DNA of 64,000 nt, from NCBI RefSeq assembly GCF_004010195.1, contig NC_057719.1, forward strand, positions 10,543,466 through 10,607,465, given 5' to 3'. The translations under genes were made by a program, and so were the position numbers. This DNA comes from Chiloscyllium plagiosum. Lineage: Eukaryota. This document shows positions 1-13,193 of the stretch, piece by piece. How positions within the stretch are numbered: position 1 is the first letter of the stretch; each line of letters opens with the position of its first letter. A model generated the notes under the pieces. It had not been told where the DNA came from. It made no database searches and worked only from the letters and a program-made list of their open reading frames with translations.

Positions 1-550
1 ACTAATTGGTGGTGGGGGTCTGATTGTAAGTGATGGAAATGTCAGAGAATGATGCATTGGATTCGGAGTGTTCGAGAGGTTGGTGAGGTGGTACGTGAGG
101 ACAAAGGGGACTCTATCCTTATTGTGGTTGAGTGTAGGGTAGTTGAGAGCAGAAGTGTGGAAGGTGGGGAAGGTGTGGTTGAGGGCATCTTGAATTACTG
201 AGGAGGCAAAATTATGGTCCCCAAAGTAGGAGGACATCTGGGATGGCCTGAAGAGGAACACCTCAGCTCGTGAAGTGTTCAAACTCCTCGTGAGAGCATG
301 AGGCAGCATCAATACAGTCATCCATGTAGCGGAGGAAAAGGTGGGGGATAGTGCCAGTGTAGTTGTGGAAGAGGAACTGTTCTACGAATCCTCCAAATGG
401 ACTGGCATAGCTTGGGCCCAGAAGAAAGTGAGAACTGCAGATGGTGAAGCTCAGAGTCAAGAGTGTGATGCTGGAAAAGCACAACAGGTCAGGCAGCATC
501 CGAGGAGCAGGAAAATCAAAGTTTTGGGCATAAGTCCTTCATCAGGAATG
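1..550 (-). mobile_element. Penelope-like element (Neptune-type) fragments: RT core, linker and terminal repeat
   Basis: Minus-strand peptide GPSYAS...LFLRYMDDCIDAASCSHEE (RT YxDD) and PLVLTYH motif; terminus with degenerate hammerhead at ~510-548. Confidence 0.8.
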
Positions 551-619
551 TTGGATCTGTCTGGTTTCATTTTTTGGAATTTGATCTTATTTATTTTTCC
601 AGATTTCTGAAGTTTTTTT

Positions 620-1140
620 TGAGTAGGCCTATGATTCAGTTCTCGAGTTGTGGGGTTGGGGGTCTATCGCCGCTTGTTGGTAAGTGTTGGTATCTGCAAG
701 TAGTGCGTTCACCTTCTCAATGCAGATTCTTTGATGTAAAATGACTATCAAGCATCCTTTGTCTACAGGTAGGTTAACAATATTTTTTATCTTTTTTTTA
801 GTTTTACAGCACTTTCCTTGTGTTTTGAGTGTGTTTCCTTCCTTTTACCTGTTAATGTTGATGCGACTGTCAATCTGATTGCTGGGTTTCCTCTGTGAGT
901 TGGTTGTCTTTCAGTGTTGTTTCTAATGCTGCTAAGAAATCGGTCTTGCCCACATCCTGGTAGTTGTAATTTAATCCTCTTACTAAGGTGGATTTTTCAG
1001 TGTCTGTTAAGGGTTGGTCAGATAATTTTTTTTATCCATGCTTCTGTGTTGTCTGTGTTGTTATTGTGTGTAAGTTTGTCTCGGCTTTTCTGCAGGTCTA
1101 GTCTTTTTCCATTTTTTGTGTTTGTCGCTGTCTAATGTCG
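620..1140 (-). mobile_element. Penelope-like (Poseidon-type) RT N-terminal fragment, degenerate
   Basis: Minus strand reads NIVNLPVDKGCLIVI...KVNALLADTNTYQ, matching the PLE 'ADKG' region. Confidence 0.65.
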
Positions 1141-1179
1141 ATGGCTTGTTGTACTCTCACTGGTATCCTTACTTACAGA

Positions 1180-1318
1180 TGAGGAAGGACACCACTTCAC
1201 CTGGGACAACACATCCATCCTAGGACAAGCCAAACAAAGACATGCATGAGAATTCCTAGAAGCATGTCATTCCAACCGGAACTCTATCAACAAACACATT
1301 GACTTGGATCCCATTTAC
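1180..1318 (+). mobile_element. Poseidon-type PLE GIY-YIG C-terminal fragment
   Basis: HHFTWDNTSILGQAKQRHA*EFLEA.HSNRNSINKHIDLDPI; similar to the minus arm at ~41020-41130. Confidence 0.7.
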
Positions 1319-2040
1319 CTTGCCGCTATCTTGCTTGCACCCATGGCTACCCCTTTGGTTTGTAGGAAGTAGGAGGAATCAAATGAAAAATTGTTGAAGG
1401 TGAGGATCAGTTCTGTCAGGCAAATGAATTGGGCTGAGGGGAGAGGAAGAAGCAGAGGGCTTTTAGGCCCTCCGAGTGGGGGATGCAGGTGTAATGGACT
1501 GTACGTCCATGGTGAAGATGAGGTGTTGGGGGCTGGGGAGTTGAAAGTTTTGGAAGAGGTGGAGGGCATGGGTTGTGTCTTGAATGTAGGTGGGGGTTAT
1601 TGGACGAAAGGGGAAAGAATGGAGGAGAGGTAAGAGGAAATGAGCTTGATGGGGCAGGAGCAGGCAGAGACAAAGAGGAAGTCAGATTTATGGATTTTGA
1701 GTAGGAGATAGAAATGGACAGTGCATGGTTGGGGAACTGTCAGGTTAGAGGCGGTAGATGGGAGATTTCCTGAAGTGATGAGGTCGTTGATGGTCTGGTA
1801 GATGATCGTTTGGCGATCAGCGGTGGGGAACAGTCATAGGGAAGAAAGGAGGAGGTGTGACAGAGTTAGCAGCTGGCTTCAGAGATATAGATGTCAGTTC
1901 ACCATACTAACACACTATTACTGCCTTATTGGTGGGTTTAATAGTGAGGTTGGGTTGGAGCGAAGGGATTAGAAGGTGGCACGTTCCGATGGGAAATGTT
2001 GGAGTGAGTAAGGGGGGGTGGAGAGGTTCAAGCAAATGAA
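1319..2040 (-). mobile_element. Neptune-type PLE RT fragment (frameshifted)
   Basis: FTMDVQS/YTCIPHSEGLKAL and LTFNNFSFDSSYFLQTKGVAMG motifs. Confidence 0.8.
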
Positions 2041-2081
2041 GCCGTGGCATCACTTCAAGATGAAAACTTAAAGGGAGCATA

Positions 2082-2910
2082 ACTGTCTCCAAGTCACTGA
2101 AATCCAACACTGCAACATCTCCTCGAAGGATGCGCACCTTGAAGAAGTTTTCATCTGTAGTCCTTCCTGTCACCTCATCACTGAAATCCAACACAACGAA
2201 ATCTCTTCTAAGGAGGCCCACTTTGAAGAACATTTCATTTGCAGACCTTAATGTATCTTAGTCACTGAATTTCAAGACCGCAGACTCTATTCTAAAGGTG
2301 CCCATCTTCAACACGTTTTCATCGGCAGTTCTTCCTCTCCTCGTGGCTGAAAACCAACACTACCATGTCTCTTCTAAGCAAGCCCAATTTGAAAAGGTTT
2401 TCTCAGCAATCCTCAAAGTCTCCTCGTCTCCTCAACACTGCGACATCTTCTCTGAGGATGCCCACCTTCAAGATGTTTTCATCTGCAGTTCTTACTGTCT
2501 CCTAGTTACTGAAAACCAACACTGCCAAGTCTCCTCTAAGTATGCCCAACTTGAAAATTTTAAACTACTGTCCTTACTGTCTCCTTTTCACTGAATTCCA
2601 ACACTGTGAAATCTTCCCTAAAATGCCCCATCTCAAGAAGTTTTAATCTGCAGTCTCCTATCATTGAAAACCAACAATGCCAAGTCTTTTTCAAGTGTGC
2701 CCACCTTGAAGAATTTTCATCTGCAGTCCATACTGTCTCCATACTGAGAACCAAAGCTGTGAAATTTCTTCTAAGAATGCCCATCTCAAGACGTTTTCAT
2801 CTGTAGTCCTGACTGTCTCCTGGTAAGTGAAAACCAACGCTGTGTGGTCTCTTCTAAGGATGCCCACCTTGAAGAAGTTCTCATCTGTAGTTTTTACTGT
2901 CCCATTTGTC
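2082..2910. repeat. Diverged tandem satellite, ~83-bp unit, ~10 copies
   Basis: Anchor (c/t)actgaaa(t/a)ccaacac recurs near 2095, 2179, 2263, 2346, 2508, 2589, 2662, 2742 and 2826; each unit has gcccaccttgaagaagttttcatctgcagtcc-like sequence. Confidence 0.9.
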
Positions 2911-3134
2911 AGCGCCAACTGGGGAAGAAGCAAATTAGAGGGGCTATATTATTCTGAAAGCACATAGCATTCAAACTAGATGGAGAGTTGGCGCTACAAG
3001 TAGAAATAAATAGATACGGTTTAGTTTAAATTGAAGAGACTACTTGCTGTGTGACCAAGTCTTGTGATTGAGTATTCAAGGACAATTGGCACGAGAAAGG
3101 CCAGGGAAAAAAATGGAAAAAGAGACGAGGTAGC

Positions 3135-3243
3135 TTTAGGTGGGCTTGGATCGGCGCAACATCGAGGGCCCAAGGGCCTGTACTGCGCTGTATTCTTCTA
3201 TGTTCTATGTTCTATGTTCTATGTTTCTATGTTCTATGTTCTA
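3135..3243 (+). mobile_element. CR1 LINE 3' end with (TTCTATG)n tail
   Basis: gagggcc.aagggcctgtactgcgctgta followed by the TTCTATG repeat; same end at 38600-38748. Confidence 0.8.
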
Positions 3244-3769
3244 ATAATGCAGGATGAGATCAGTTTATTAGTGAGAGAAATTGTCAGATCAAAATTCACA
3301 ACATGGAATCAGTTTTGGTGGAACTATGAAGCAGGAGGGGCAATAAAAATTGAAGGGTGTTGTTCATAGGCCACCAAATAGTAGTGACAATGTGGGGCAT
3401 CATATGATTCAGGGAAATGGAGGTGCATATAACAAGTGGAATATGGTAATTGCAGCAGCCTGTAATCTACTAGTTTGGGATTGCATTTGGTATGGTACTG
3501 GTTGGACTGAAGGGCTTGTTTCCATGCTGTATGACCATACAACTCTGAGTATAGATAATTAGTTCTAATGCTTTGAAGGATGCATTTCCGGAATGTATGA
3601 AACATAATTCTCTAGAGCGGTATGTTGAGGAACCAACTAATGAAAAGCTATTTTATATTTAATATTGTGCAGTGTGAAAGGGCTGATTAAGAATTTTAAG
3701 TAAAGGAGCTTTTAGTGAAGAGTGACCACAACATGATTGAAGTATATCTTAATTTTAAAAGTACTACAA

Positions 3770-4096
3770 CTTAACTTAGATTAAGTTAGGTTCCCTACAG
3801 TATGGAAACAGACCCTTCGGCCCAACAAGTCCACAACAACCCTCCAAACAGTAACCCACCCAGACCCATTCCCCTACCCTTTATTTGCCCCTGACCTAAT
3901 ACATCGAACACTACAGGCAATTTCCCATGGCCAATTCACCTGGCCTGCACATCTTTGGATTTTGGGAGGAAACCAGAGCACCCAGGGGAAACCCACACAG
4001 ACATGGGGAGGATGTGCAAACTCTACACACAGAGTCGCCCAAAGTGGGAATCAAACCCAGGTCCCTGGAGCTGTGAGGCAGCAGTTCTAATCACTA
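3770..4096 (-). mobile_element. HE1-type SINE (tRNA head, V-domain, CR1-derived tail)
   Basis: Reverse complement of the head ...agcactgctgcctcacagc..., core tttgcacat.ctcccc.tgtctg and tail gggccgaaggg.ctgtttcc. Confidence 0.85.
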
Positions 4097-4099
4097 AAT

Positions 4100-4857
4100 C
4101 CAGAATCTTAAATCTAAATGGAGTCAAGTTAGGTAAAGAGGAAATACAATGAGATCTAGGTGTTCTTATACATCAGTCAATGAAAGCAAGTATACAGGTA
4201 CAGCAGGCAGTGAAGAAAGCTAATGGCATGCTGGCCTTCATAACAAGAGGAATTGAGTATAGAAGCAAAGACATCCTTCTGCAGCTGTACAGGGCCCTGG
4301 TGAGACTGCACCTGGAGTATTGTGTGCAGTTTTGGTATCCAAATTTGAGGAAGAACATTCTGGCTATTGAGGGAGTGAAGCGTAGGTTCATGAGGTCAAT
4401 TCCCAGAATGGCAGGACTATCATATGTTGAAATATTGGAGCAATTGGGCTTGTATACACTTGAGTTTAGAAGGATGAGAGGAGATCTGATTGAGACGTAT
4501 AAAATTATTAATGGATTGGACACTCTGGAGGCAGAAAGCATGTTTCCGCTGATGAGTGAGTCCAGAACCAGAGGACACAGTTTAAAAATAAGGGGTAGGC
4601 CATTTAGAACAGAGTTGAGGAGAAACCAGAGAGTGGTGGGTGTATGGAATGCTCTGCCCCAGAAGGCTGTGGAGGCCAAGTCTCTGGATACTTTCAAGAA
4701 AGAGTTGGATAGAGCTCTTAAGGATAGTGGAATCAAGCGTTATGGGGATAAGGCAGGAACAGGATACTGATTGTGGATGATCAGCCATGATCATAATGAA
4801 TGGTGGTGCTGGCTAGAAGGGCCGAATGGCCTACTCCTGTACCTATTGTCTATTGCA
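4100..4857 (+). mobile_element. CR1 LINE, 5'-truncated (ORF2 C-terminus plus 3' UTR)
   Basis: ORF 4180-4770: KKANGMLAFI...LYRALVRLHLEYCVQFW...RGDLIETYKI...RTRGHSLK. Confidence 0.92.
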
Positions 4858-5689
4858 GTGGGTGAATTAGGTTACATCAACCCCCTATGTTTCAGTGGGG
4901 TGGAATTGGTTGTGTAATTTGAGAAACAGCGAGTTGTTAGTCTGTATTACCTGTCTCCTAATTGATGAAAATGGAAATGTAAACCATTCTTCCTTCTGTA
5001 TAGTGTGTAGTTTCATATAGAGCACTTGGCTCAGTGATGAGCTCTTCCACAATTCCCATCCTTTATATGGTTATTAGGTGTTGTTATGGAGAAGCACACC
5101 TGAGAAAAACAGATCCTGACAGGTGTGGAAAGGATGTCTCCTTTTATGGAAGAATCCAGAACCTGGGGTAATTGTTAAAAAATAGGCTCGCCCAATTAAC
5201 ACAGACATGAAGTGATTTATTTTTCTCTTATAGTCTTTCAAACTGCTTTACTGAAAAGATGATGGAAGCAGAGTATGTGAACATTTTCAAAGCAGATGTA
5301 GATAAATTCTTGCAAAGCAAAGCATTGAAAGGTTATCAGGAGTAGCCAAGAATGTGGGTTTGAAATTGCAATCAGGATCTTATTGAATAGTGGAGCCAAC
5401 TCAAGGGGCTGAATGGACGACTCCTGCTCCTAATGTGGATATCCCTGCGTAAAGATGTGAAATGAGCTGTCCACCAGCTGTTACCCATTTCAGCTAGGCC
5501 ACACTGCCATAATCTACCCCGAAACATTTGACTAATCATTCCAAATCCCTACCATGTAAGTAAATTATTGATGAGTGGTTCTTGATTAATTATTTGATCA
5601 ATATCCACAAAACACACAACCACACAGGCAGAAACATCACAGTGTCTTTCCTGTGTTCTGCTGACCAGAGTAGGGTGGAGGTGTACCTC

Positions 5690-6145
5690 GATCGGCCTCG
5701 ATGGACTGTGCACATCATCCCCATTACCGACACGAGACTCCCCAAGCAGGTGCTCCACCCCCAGCTTCAAAACAGCAGGTGAGGGCCAGGTGGGACAGAG
5801 GAAGTGCCTCAGAGATACCCACAAGGCCTCACTGAGGTAGTGCGGCATTCCCACCAACACCTGGGAATTTCTGGCTCAATACCGTCAAAGCGGAAGAGGA
5901 GCATCCGGGAAGGCGGTGAGCACCTTGAGATTTAGCGCCAGGAGAAAATGGAAGCCGGGTGAAAATGGCATAAGGAGCGCGCTGCCACACCCCTCACCCT
6001 ACCACCCGCTTCCCGTGACCGCCTTCTGCCCCACGTGTACCAGAGCCTGATGTAGCCACACCAGTCTGTACAGCCGGCTACAGACTCACCCTGAGAGTGG
6101 GAGAGAGTCATCCTCATCTGCAAGGGACTGCGGAAGATGATGGAG
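5690..6145 (+). mobile_element. RTE-clade LINE 3' fragment
   Basis: RWTVHIIPITDTRLPKQVL...GGQRKCLRDTHKASL..CGIPTNTWE, typical of the RTE C-terminus. Confidence 0.75.
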
Positions 6146-6554
6146 AGGCACTGTTACGATCTGATCTAGCACCATAAGGTCAACAAGAGGAACAGTATCA
6201 TTGCAGGAAAATCATGCACTGGAGATGAAGGGTGGACCAGTTTGAGCTGATATTTGATACTCCCTATGGTTGGATTGTCAGCTGGAACTTACTGTCCAGA
6301 TATTAACTTTGGACCATGTGAAACTAGCGGGCACTAAAGGCCAAGTAACCAATCATGTCAGTGCCACAAACATACTGGAGCATCATAACTATTTTACATC
6401 ACCCATTAAGCCTTCAAGAGGATAAATAATAGCAAGAAAAACCCAGGCTAAAAAGAGCAAAACTACTCTGGAAAATGCCTCTCTGATCTCCTCAGGTGAT
6501 TAAAACTAGTACAGGGGGTCAAACAGACTACATGTTATCCGGAGAATCACTTAC

Positions 6555-7170
6555 TGTGATGATGCTGTGCCTTTAAGAGGCATGCTTTGTCCTGTTTCTT
6601 TTAGAGAGATACTGCAGGAGCTGTCCACGTGAAGATAAACAATCTTGTTAGGCCTTGTAGTTTTGTTTTAAAGTTGGAACAATAGAGGAGCCTGACTGGG
6701 TGTAGTCAAGCTCTCACAGATGGTGGATTTTTAGTTAGCTTTCAACAGTTGCTATTGTGGGCTTAAGGAAGCAGAGACAAATTTTCTCTCAATTCAGCCA
6801 AAATCTGGGGTTACTCTTCCTGGGCTGTTGGATTACATCGAGACAAAATCTATTTTCTGAATTTGCCTTTTTGCTAAGGGGTGTGTTAATGGGATGTTAC
6901 TATATTGGAGCAGTTAATTAGTAATAGGTACAGTACCTAATAATCCATTAAGTTTTCCAATACAGTTAAGTTATTCTAAGTTCTTCTTTCTTTTGTTGTA
7001 TTTTAACTATAGTGAGCGAATCAATGGAGTTTTCCTTAATGTCGAGTAGTTTGATCAGTCAAATTACATCTGGAACACAGCATTTTACATTTGCCTTTCA
7101 AGTAAGAGAAAGTTACGGCCCTAGCTACTTTTTAAAAATATTTTGAGAGGGTCTGGTCTGGTCTAAAACA
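6555..7170 (+). mobile_element. Solo LTR (TG...CA)
   Basis: Starts tgtgatgatg and ends ggtctaaaaca; homologous to 29460-32090; TSD not clean. Confidence 0.65.
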
Positions 7171-9494
7171 CTCAGCTTCTTCCTGTTGCAATTTTGTCCC
7201 AACAAGAACAAGTGCCGGTCCCAAAACACCATGCACCATGAAGAGTTGTCACATGGGGTGCCCAGGGAACAACATGTCATAGTCTTTGGGAAAGATGAGC
7301 AAAGAAAACTCTGGAGGGCAGAGCACAATTGTGATCTGGCCTTGGAAACTAAGCTGACAAATGTCCCAGGAGAGCCATCCCAAGCTGAGGAATGCTTCGT
7401 AAAGCAGCTGTTCTAGCCGAGAGAAAACAAGTGAACACACCTGCCAGTGAGCTTAGGCTGTATTCCAAGTGGTTATGCCTTTCCGAGAGCCCAAGTCCCG
7501 TGGTAATTTCTTTCATCATAGACAAAGTTGCTGAATGGCTGCAAGTTTCGTTGCCAGTTCTGCTTGCCTGCAGTAGTTGAAATATTAGCTGCACAGACTG
7601 CACAGCACGTTCTGAACCGACCCAGTAAACACAAACTTTAGCAGATGTTGCAGTTACATCACACACAGTTAATTCAGACATTCTGCCATTTGTCAAGAGT
7701 TTCATGTTACAACCATAATGTTTGATTGCTGTCAATATTCCCCGAGTGTAGATGATGCCCACTTCCCAAAGTGTCATGATTTGCTCTCTTCCTGAATGCA
7801 TCAAAGGAAAATGGTCATCTATTTAACAAAGTAAGGTCTGTTATTACTGGGGAATGGAGCACTCTTCTGTTTCAGTCAGTGACCAAGCAATTTTCAGCTT
7901 GACTTGGTGATAGAGTGTGCATGAGGTATCCCCAGTGATCTCACATTCCATTCAACATTAGGCACTGTGCATGACAATCCATTGCCACCGGTTTTATCTC
8001 CACTGACAAAAGTTCGAAAATTAGTGTCAATCTTAAGCATGCACATGTTGCAAATATATTAAAGATTTTTGTTACTTCTTCGAAATATTGGCTAAATCCC
8101 ACCAATTACCACCCAGCACCATATTAATGTAATATTTTCCATTTAGAATCTACAATCCATTTGGCCCAATTGATGTATGTTCCACACAACCCTCATTCCA
8201 CCTGCATTCATTTAATCCTTTTCCTTTCTGTATTATGTGTTCATCTCACTTCCTCTTAGACGGATCCATTGTTATCGCCTCACCTTCTGCTTGTGATAGT
8301 GGGGTTCATAACTTTACCACTCTTGAGTAAGGTTCTCCTGTAACCATTTTTGGATTAATTTTTTTTTGGAGAGCCATTGTGGACATGATGGGCTGAATGG
8401 CTTTCTTCTGTGCTGTAACAATTTTGTTATTCTGTGATCTTAATTTTATAGCCTCTGGGTTTAGCCTCTCTGACAAACAGGAACACCTCTACAATGTTAT
8501 GAATCGACAATCAGCTTGAGTAAGACTGGGTACATTGGGCTAATTCAAGTGACATGCTGCATCTTAATCTGTGGCAGGCCCATGGCTGCTCACAGCTTAC
8601 AGTGAGACCTTCCTGAAATACTTCACTAAGGACATTCATAACCTCCAAGGAAAACAGAATTCTGGATTCCAACCCTGCTCCCAGCCTCAGAAACATAATA
8701 TTCAAACTCACTGTCTTACCCATTCTATCGCATTATTCTCCACAATGATAAGCTACAGCAGGAGAAAAGATTTGAATGGTAGAAGGCATCTTCAATGTGT
8801 AGTTCTCCAAGCAGATTTATAGAATCACCTTCTTGTTATCCCCCTGGGTATATTTGCTAATACAACACACAAGTGCAATAAGAGATGGCTGGAACAAGAA
8901 TAACTGTCTCATCAGTTTGATCTGGGTGATTGGCATGTAGCAACAGGTTTGAAGAAATTGTAGATGTCACCGATGGTCAATTGACAGAGTTTTTGTTGCT
9001 CAATTAATGATTCATGAGTTTTGTTACATTTAAGGTGCTGCAAACGGGCAACTTGTTGTTGTAGGAAGGTGTGGGTGGGATGCTTGGCTGCATGCTCAGG
9101 CATGAATGATCCTTTGACATAGTCAAGATGGAGTATTGAGTTGAAACAGCAGTTTAGTCCATATTTAATGCAACAACATCTCAGTAAAGACATGGGAGTT
9201 AGCAGCCAATGGATGACTCATTACATGGTTCACCAGTTGAAAAATCTCACTCGTCAAAACAGTTTGTATGGCATGTTGAGGTCTGTCCCCATCCCTCTCC
9301 GAACCATGCATAGCTGTTTGCAAGTACACAGTCAATTTCAAGAATAATTTGAATGCCTGTTTGGGACTCTTCTGATACAGGGGTAGTGTCCCTACTTCTA
9401 ATCCTGGAGAACTGGATTCAAATCCCATCCTGCTTTATGGATGTCATAACATCTCTGAATAAGATGATATGGCAATATTTAAATGAATGTTAAT

Positions 9495-9735
9495 TTTAGG
9501 TTGCATGTGTGGAGTCACAAGTAGGCCAGGTAAGGATGGGAGACTTTATTTGCTGAAGGACATAAATGAACCAGATGGACTTTTTCTTGGTGACCACCAG
9601 ACTCACTATTAATTCCAGTTTTTGTTGAATTCCAATTTCATGATCTGCATCAATGAGACTTGAACCCATGCCCCCTCCCAAAATTATTAACCTGGGGTTC
9701 TGAATTACTAGGCCAGTGACTTTGCCACTACCCCA
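9495..9735 (-). mobile_element. SacSINE1-like Deu-domain SINE
   Basis: Reverse complement of ccatccttacctggcctacttgtgactcc, ccatctggttca and a tRNA-like gggttcaagtc head. Confidence 0.65.
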
Positions 9736-9773
9736 CTCCCTTCCAGGGACAGGAGGCTTTCTTCCTATGGGCA

Positions 9774-9897
9774 AAAGTGAGGACTGCTGATACTGGAAAC
9801 CAAAGTTTAGATTAGAGTGCTGCTGGAAAAGCACAGCAGGTCAGGCAGCATCCGAGGAGCAGGAAAATCGACGTTTCAGGCAAAAGCCCTTCATCAT
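9774..9897 (-). mobile_element. Short PLE terminal insertion with 17-bp TSD
   Basis: TSD ctttcttcctatgggca at 9757-9773 and 9898-9914; contains (a)tgatgaagggcttttgcctgaaacgtc on the minus strand. Confidence 0.88.
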
Positions 9898-11539
9898 CTT
9901 TCTTCCTATGGGCACAGGACATTTCCTACTCCTCTGAACTCCTCCCTCTTCTATCTCCACTAGTCCATTCAAGAATCTCTGTTACTGCTCCCTCAGTCCC
10001 TGCAAAATGCCAGCCAATGGGTAAGACTCCCTCAGTGGATGTGACCGTGGGCTAGCTACTTCTACTGACTCCCAAACATTGTGCCTGATCTGCAAGCTTC
10101 TATTTTAGCAATTCCAGGTGAATTCAAACTTAAGGAATCTGCAATTAGGAGCAGACGTGTGTGCCAATTCCAGATTTTCAAACATATTTTTCTTATCAGC
10201 AATGTCTTTGTCACCCTTTGACTAAAATAAATCCCAAAGCATTTTTACATAGTTCCAGTTCAGATGCCTCTTTAACTCGATTTTGATTTCAAAAGGCTTC
10301 CAGAAATTGACTGTCATGTTGTTCATAACACTTGTATCAATTAGATGAGGTTTGTTATTACAGAACTAGTGTGTTAGCTTTGGAATGAGGTAAGGCAGCA
10401 GTGGAGGTTGGAGAAAGGAAGACAGCACTGGGGCCGTGAGCTTATACAAGCCATTTATTTGGTATTTAGTTAATGTTCATTCATCCTGGTTTATGGCTCA
10501 GTGATCCATTTTCCAGGGTATGATATGTGCACAGCACTTTTGATATAAAAAGAGGGATAATAATGTACAAGAATGAGAAAAGATCATTTTGATTTAAGTC
10601 TACACATTTTCACATCTTAACGTCTCCTTATGGGGTTCAAAGTCAAATTTTATTTCATAATGCTCTTGTGAAGTGCCTTGGGGCATTTAACTCCACGAAA
10701 GATGGGACACAAAAACAAGTTGCTGGCTTTGTCGTTTGACAGCTTTGAAGTGGAGGTAATGTTACAGGAGGCAACTACAAGAAGGATTGCAATCTGTCCT
10801 GCTTCCCCATAGGTTAGCATTCCTGCAAAAAGATAATGACCAGAGCTGACCTCTGCTGAAGATAGATGAGTTGCCTCTATGTTGCAGGTATCTTTGCAAT
10901 AAATGATTCGGGCTCTGCTGAACTGGATATTGTGGAGACAATTGGCCACAGACAGAGTCAGACAAGAGTGGCAGGTCCTGCAGAAAGGGCACATTGTTGG
11001 CTACAGTCAAGCGGGCCACATTAGCCCATGAATCTCCACTAGAAATAATACTATACCCAAGATAGATTTTATAGTTCATCATGAAATCACACGCCTTAGC
11101 AATAGCATTGGATCTATAGATCCAATTTCCTTGAAGGAAAGGAATTAATTGCACCTGACTTAAAAACAAAGTCTGTTGACCAGTGTGTGCAGCTGCAAGT
11201 GAGCTGTTCTCAAAAGCAAACATGGAAACCGCCACAGAAACTCAGCAGGTCTGGCAGTATCTATAAAGAGAGAAACAGAATTAACCATTGCTGTCGTCAG
11301 AGGTGGGGGCAGAGGATCCCTTCAGTTCATTAAATAGCCTGGCATACCAGTGTAGCTGCTTTCATTCCACTTACTCAATTCAGATTACAAAATTCCCACT
11401 GGGAAAGCCATTGACGTCTGTACAGGAACTGACGGCAACAAAAATAGGAGTTATAATTGGAGCACAGGCAGCTGAGAACCTCAATGGCAGTAGCAAAAAA
11501 AAAAGAAAATTGGTTTACCTTAATTAAAAAAAAAGTTAT

Positions 11540-11845
11540 CTGATGCAGCCCCTTCCAAACCTGAGACCGATACAACCGAGCAAGACATGGGGGGAAAGTA
11601 GATGCACAGGAACACCAGCACCTGCAGGTACCCATTTGATCCACGCACCATTCTGATTGGAACTATATCAACTGTTTTTATGACACTAAGTCAAGGGCCT
11701 GGAACATTCCCACCCTACCCAGCACTGTGAGTGTTCCTATTGCACATGGACTGCATTCGTTCGTGAAGGCAGCTCACGGTCACTTTCTGAAGGGAAATTT
11801 GGGATGGGCAGGGCTGAGTTAACAATGTCCATATCTCATGAATGA
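11540..11845 (+). mobile_element. CR1/L2-clade LINE 3' end (aaggcagctcaccaccac-type tail)
   Basis: Same 3' region as 37850-38200 and, inverted, 20910-21335 and 52150-52680. Confidence 0.6.
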
Positions 11846-12910
11846 ATCAATTTTTTTAAAAAACAACTGTTTAAGATAAATTGACCAGCAATTCTGGATA
11901 TCTATGAATTAGCATTTGATGTCAGGTGCACCAAAGATATGAGGAAATCATATGCAGAGATTAAACACAAATATAATACCCACTCATTTGAGGTGGACAT
12001 TTCTATTGGTACCTATCACACCAGTGGAAACATGATTGAGATCATATTCCAGCTGGTTCAGACCAAAATACATTAATATTATTTTAGGTTGAATTCAGAA
12101 ATGAAGTGTAAAATAACATGGTTGAGAGGATAATAAAGCATTAAGCCTACTGTAAAAGGACTAGTTCAATGGACATCACCTTTTTTTTTGTCAAGACCTA
12201 CTTTCAACACAATTCAGCTCTTCAAATCAATTTTCATTTCTTCGGTTAGCTTAAGATGCTGTTATGCTAAATCAATAGCACCTTATTGAGTGATGCTGCT
12301 CCAGCACATTAGGCAACCTGTTAAATTAGTTGGCCAAAGAATCAAAGTAAATATCAATGTAATTGGCATTTGGCCAGGCAAACATGGAATCTGCTGAAAT
12401 TTCTTTCTCACTTCAGTTCTTTCCTACAAATGTTGTTTAATTTTGATGAAGTTGCACAGTTTAGAAGCACAGAGATATAATCATTAAGTCATCTACAACA
12501 CTGGAGGTGGCCATTTAGCCCACTGATTTCATGCCAGCTTCCCACAAAGCCAGCCAATCAGTCCCATTTCTCCACTCCAACAGGGATTTATTTCCTTCAA
12601 GAGATGATCTTTCACTCCCTTTGAAATTGTTCATCAACTCTACTTCTACTGCCCTTCGATTTCTAAGGCATTGCTATTCACGGTGTAAGACAATTCTTCC
12701 TCACGAATCCCCCTGCATTTTTTGCCCAAAAGCCTTAAACATGTATCCCCTAGTCCTTGCACCAACTGGCTTTTCCTTTTTCTACTTTATCCAAATCATA
12801 TCATTAATCTTGTACACTCCTCTCAATCTCTCCCTAATATTCATTGCTCCAAGGAGAAAAGCCTTCATCAACCTAATCTTGTATTTAAAATTCTACATTC
12901 CTGGAACCAG

Positions 12911-13193
12911 GGTGGCATGGTGGCTCAGTGGTTAGCACTGCTCCCTCACAGTGCCAGGGACCCAGATTTGATTCCAGCCTCGGGCAACTGTCTGTGTGGG
13001 TTTCCTCCGGGTGCTCCAGTTTCCTCCCACAATCCAAAGATGTGCAGGTCAAGTGAATTGGCCATGCTAAATTGCTCATGGTGTTAGGTGCATTAGTCAG
13101 AGGGAAATGGGTTTGGGTGGGTTACTCTTCAGAGGGTCGGTGTGAACTTGTTGGGCCGAATGGGCCTGTTTCCACACTGTAGTTAATCTAATC
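12911..13193 (+). mobile_element. HE1-type SINE
   Basis: ggtggcatggtggctcagtggttagcactgct...gggccgaatgggcctgtttccacactgtag...aatctaatc. Confidence 0.88.

Noticed and set aside
2082..2910. CRISPR-like array or repeat protein
   Set aside because: Whole units are homologous with no unique spacers, no cas genes, vertebrate context, and frames are interrupted
4180..4770. 196-aa ORF as a host gene
   Set aside because: CR1 ORF2 C-terminus of a truncated copy; a near-identical copy lies at 45548-46150
7171..7830. Overlapping ORFs in non-repeat sequence
   Set aside because: No motifs or convincing splice sites; lengths compatible with chance
10888..11025. Possible plus-strand exon GIFAINDSGSAELDIVE...
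   Set aside because: No recognisable homology or partner exon
12911..12985. tRNA genes at SINE heads
   Set aside because: A/B boxes run into SINE bodies; no complete cloverleaf
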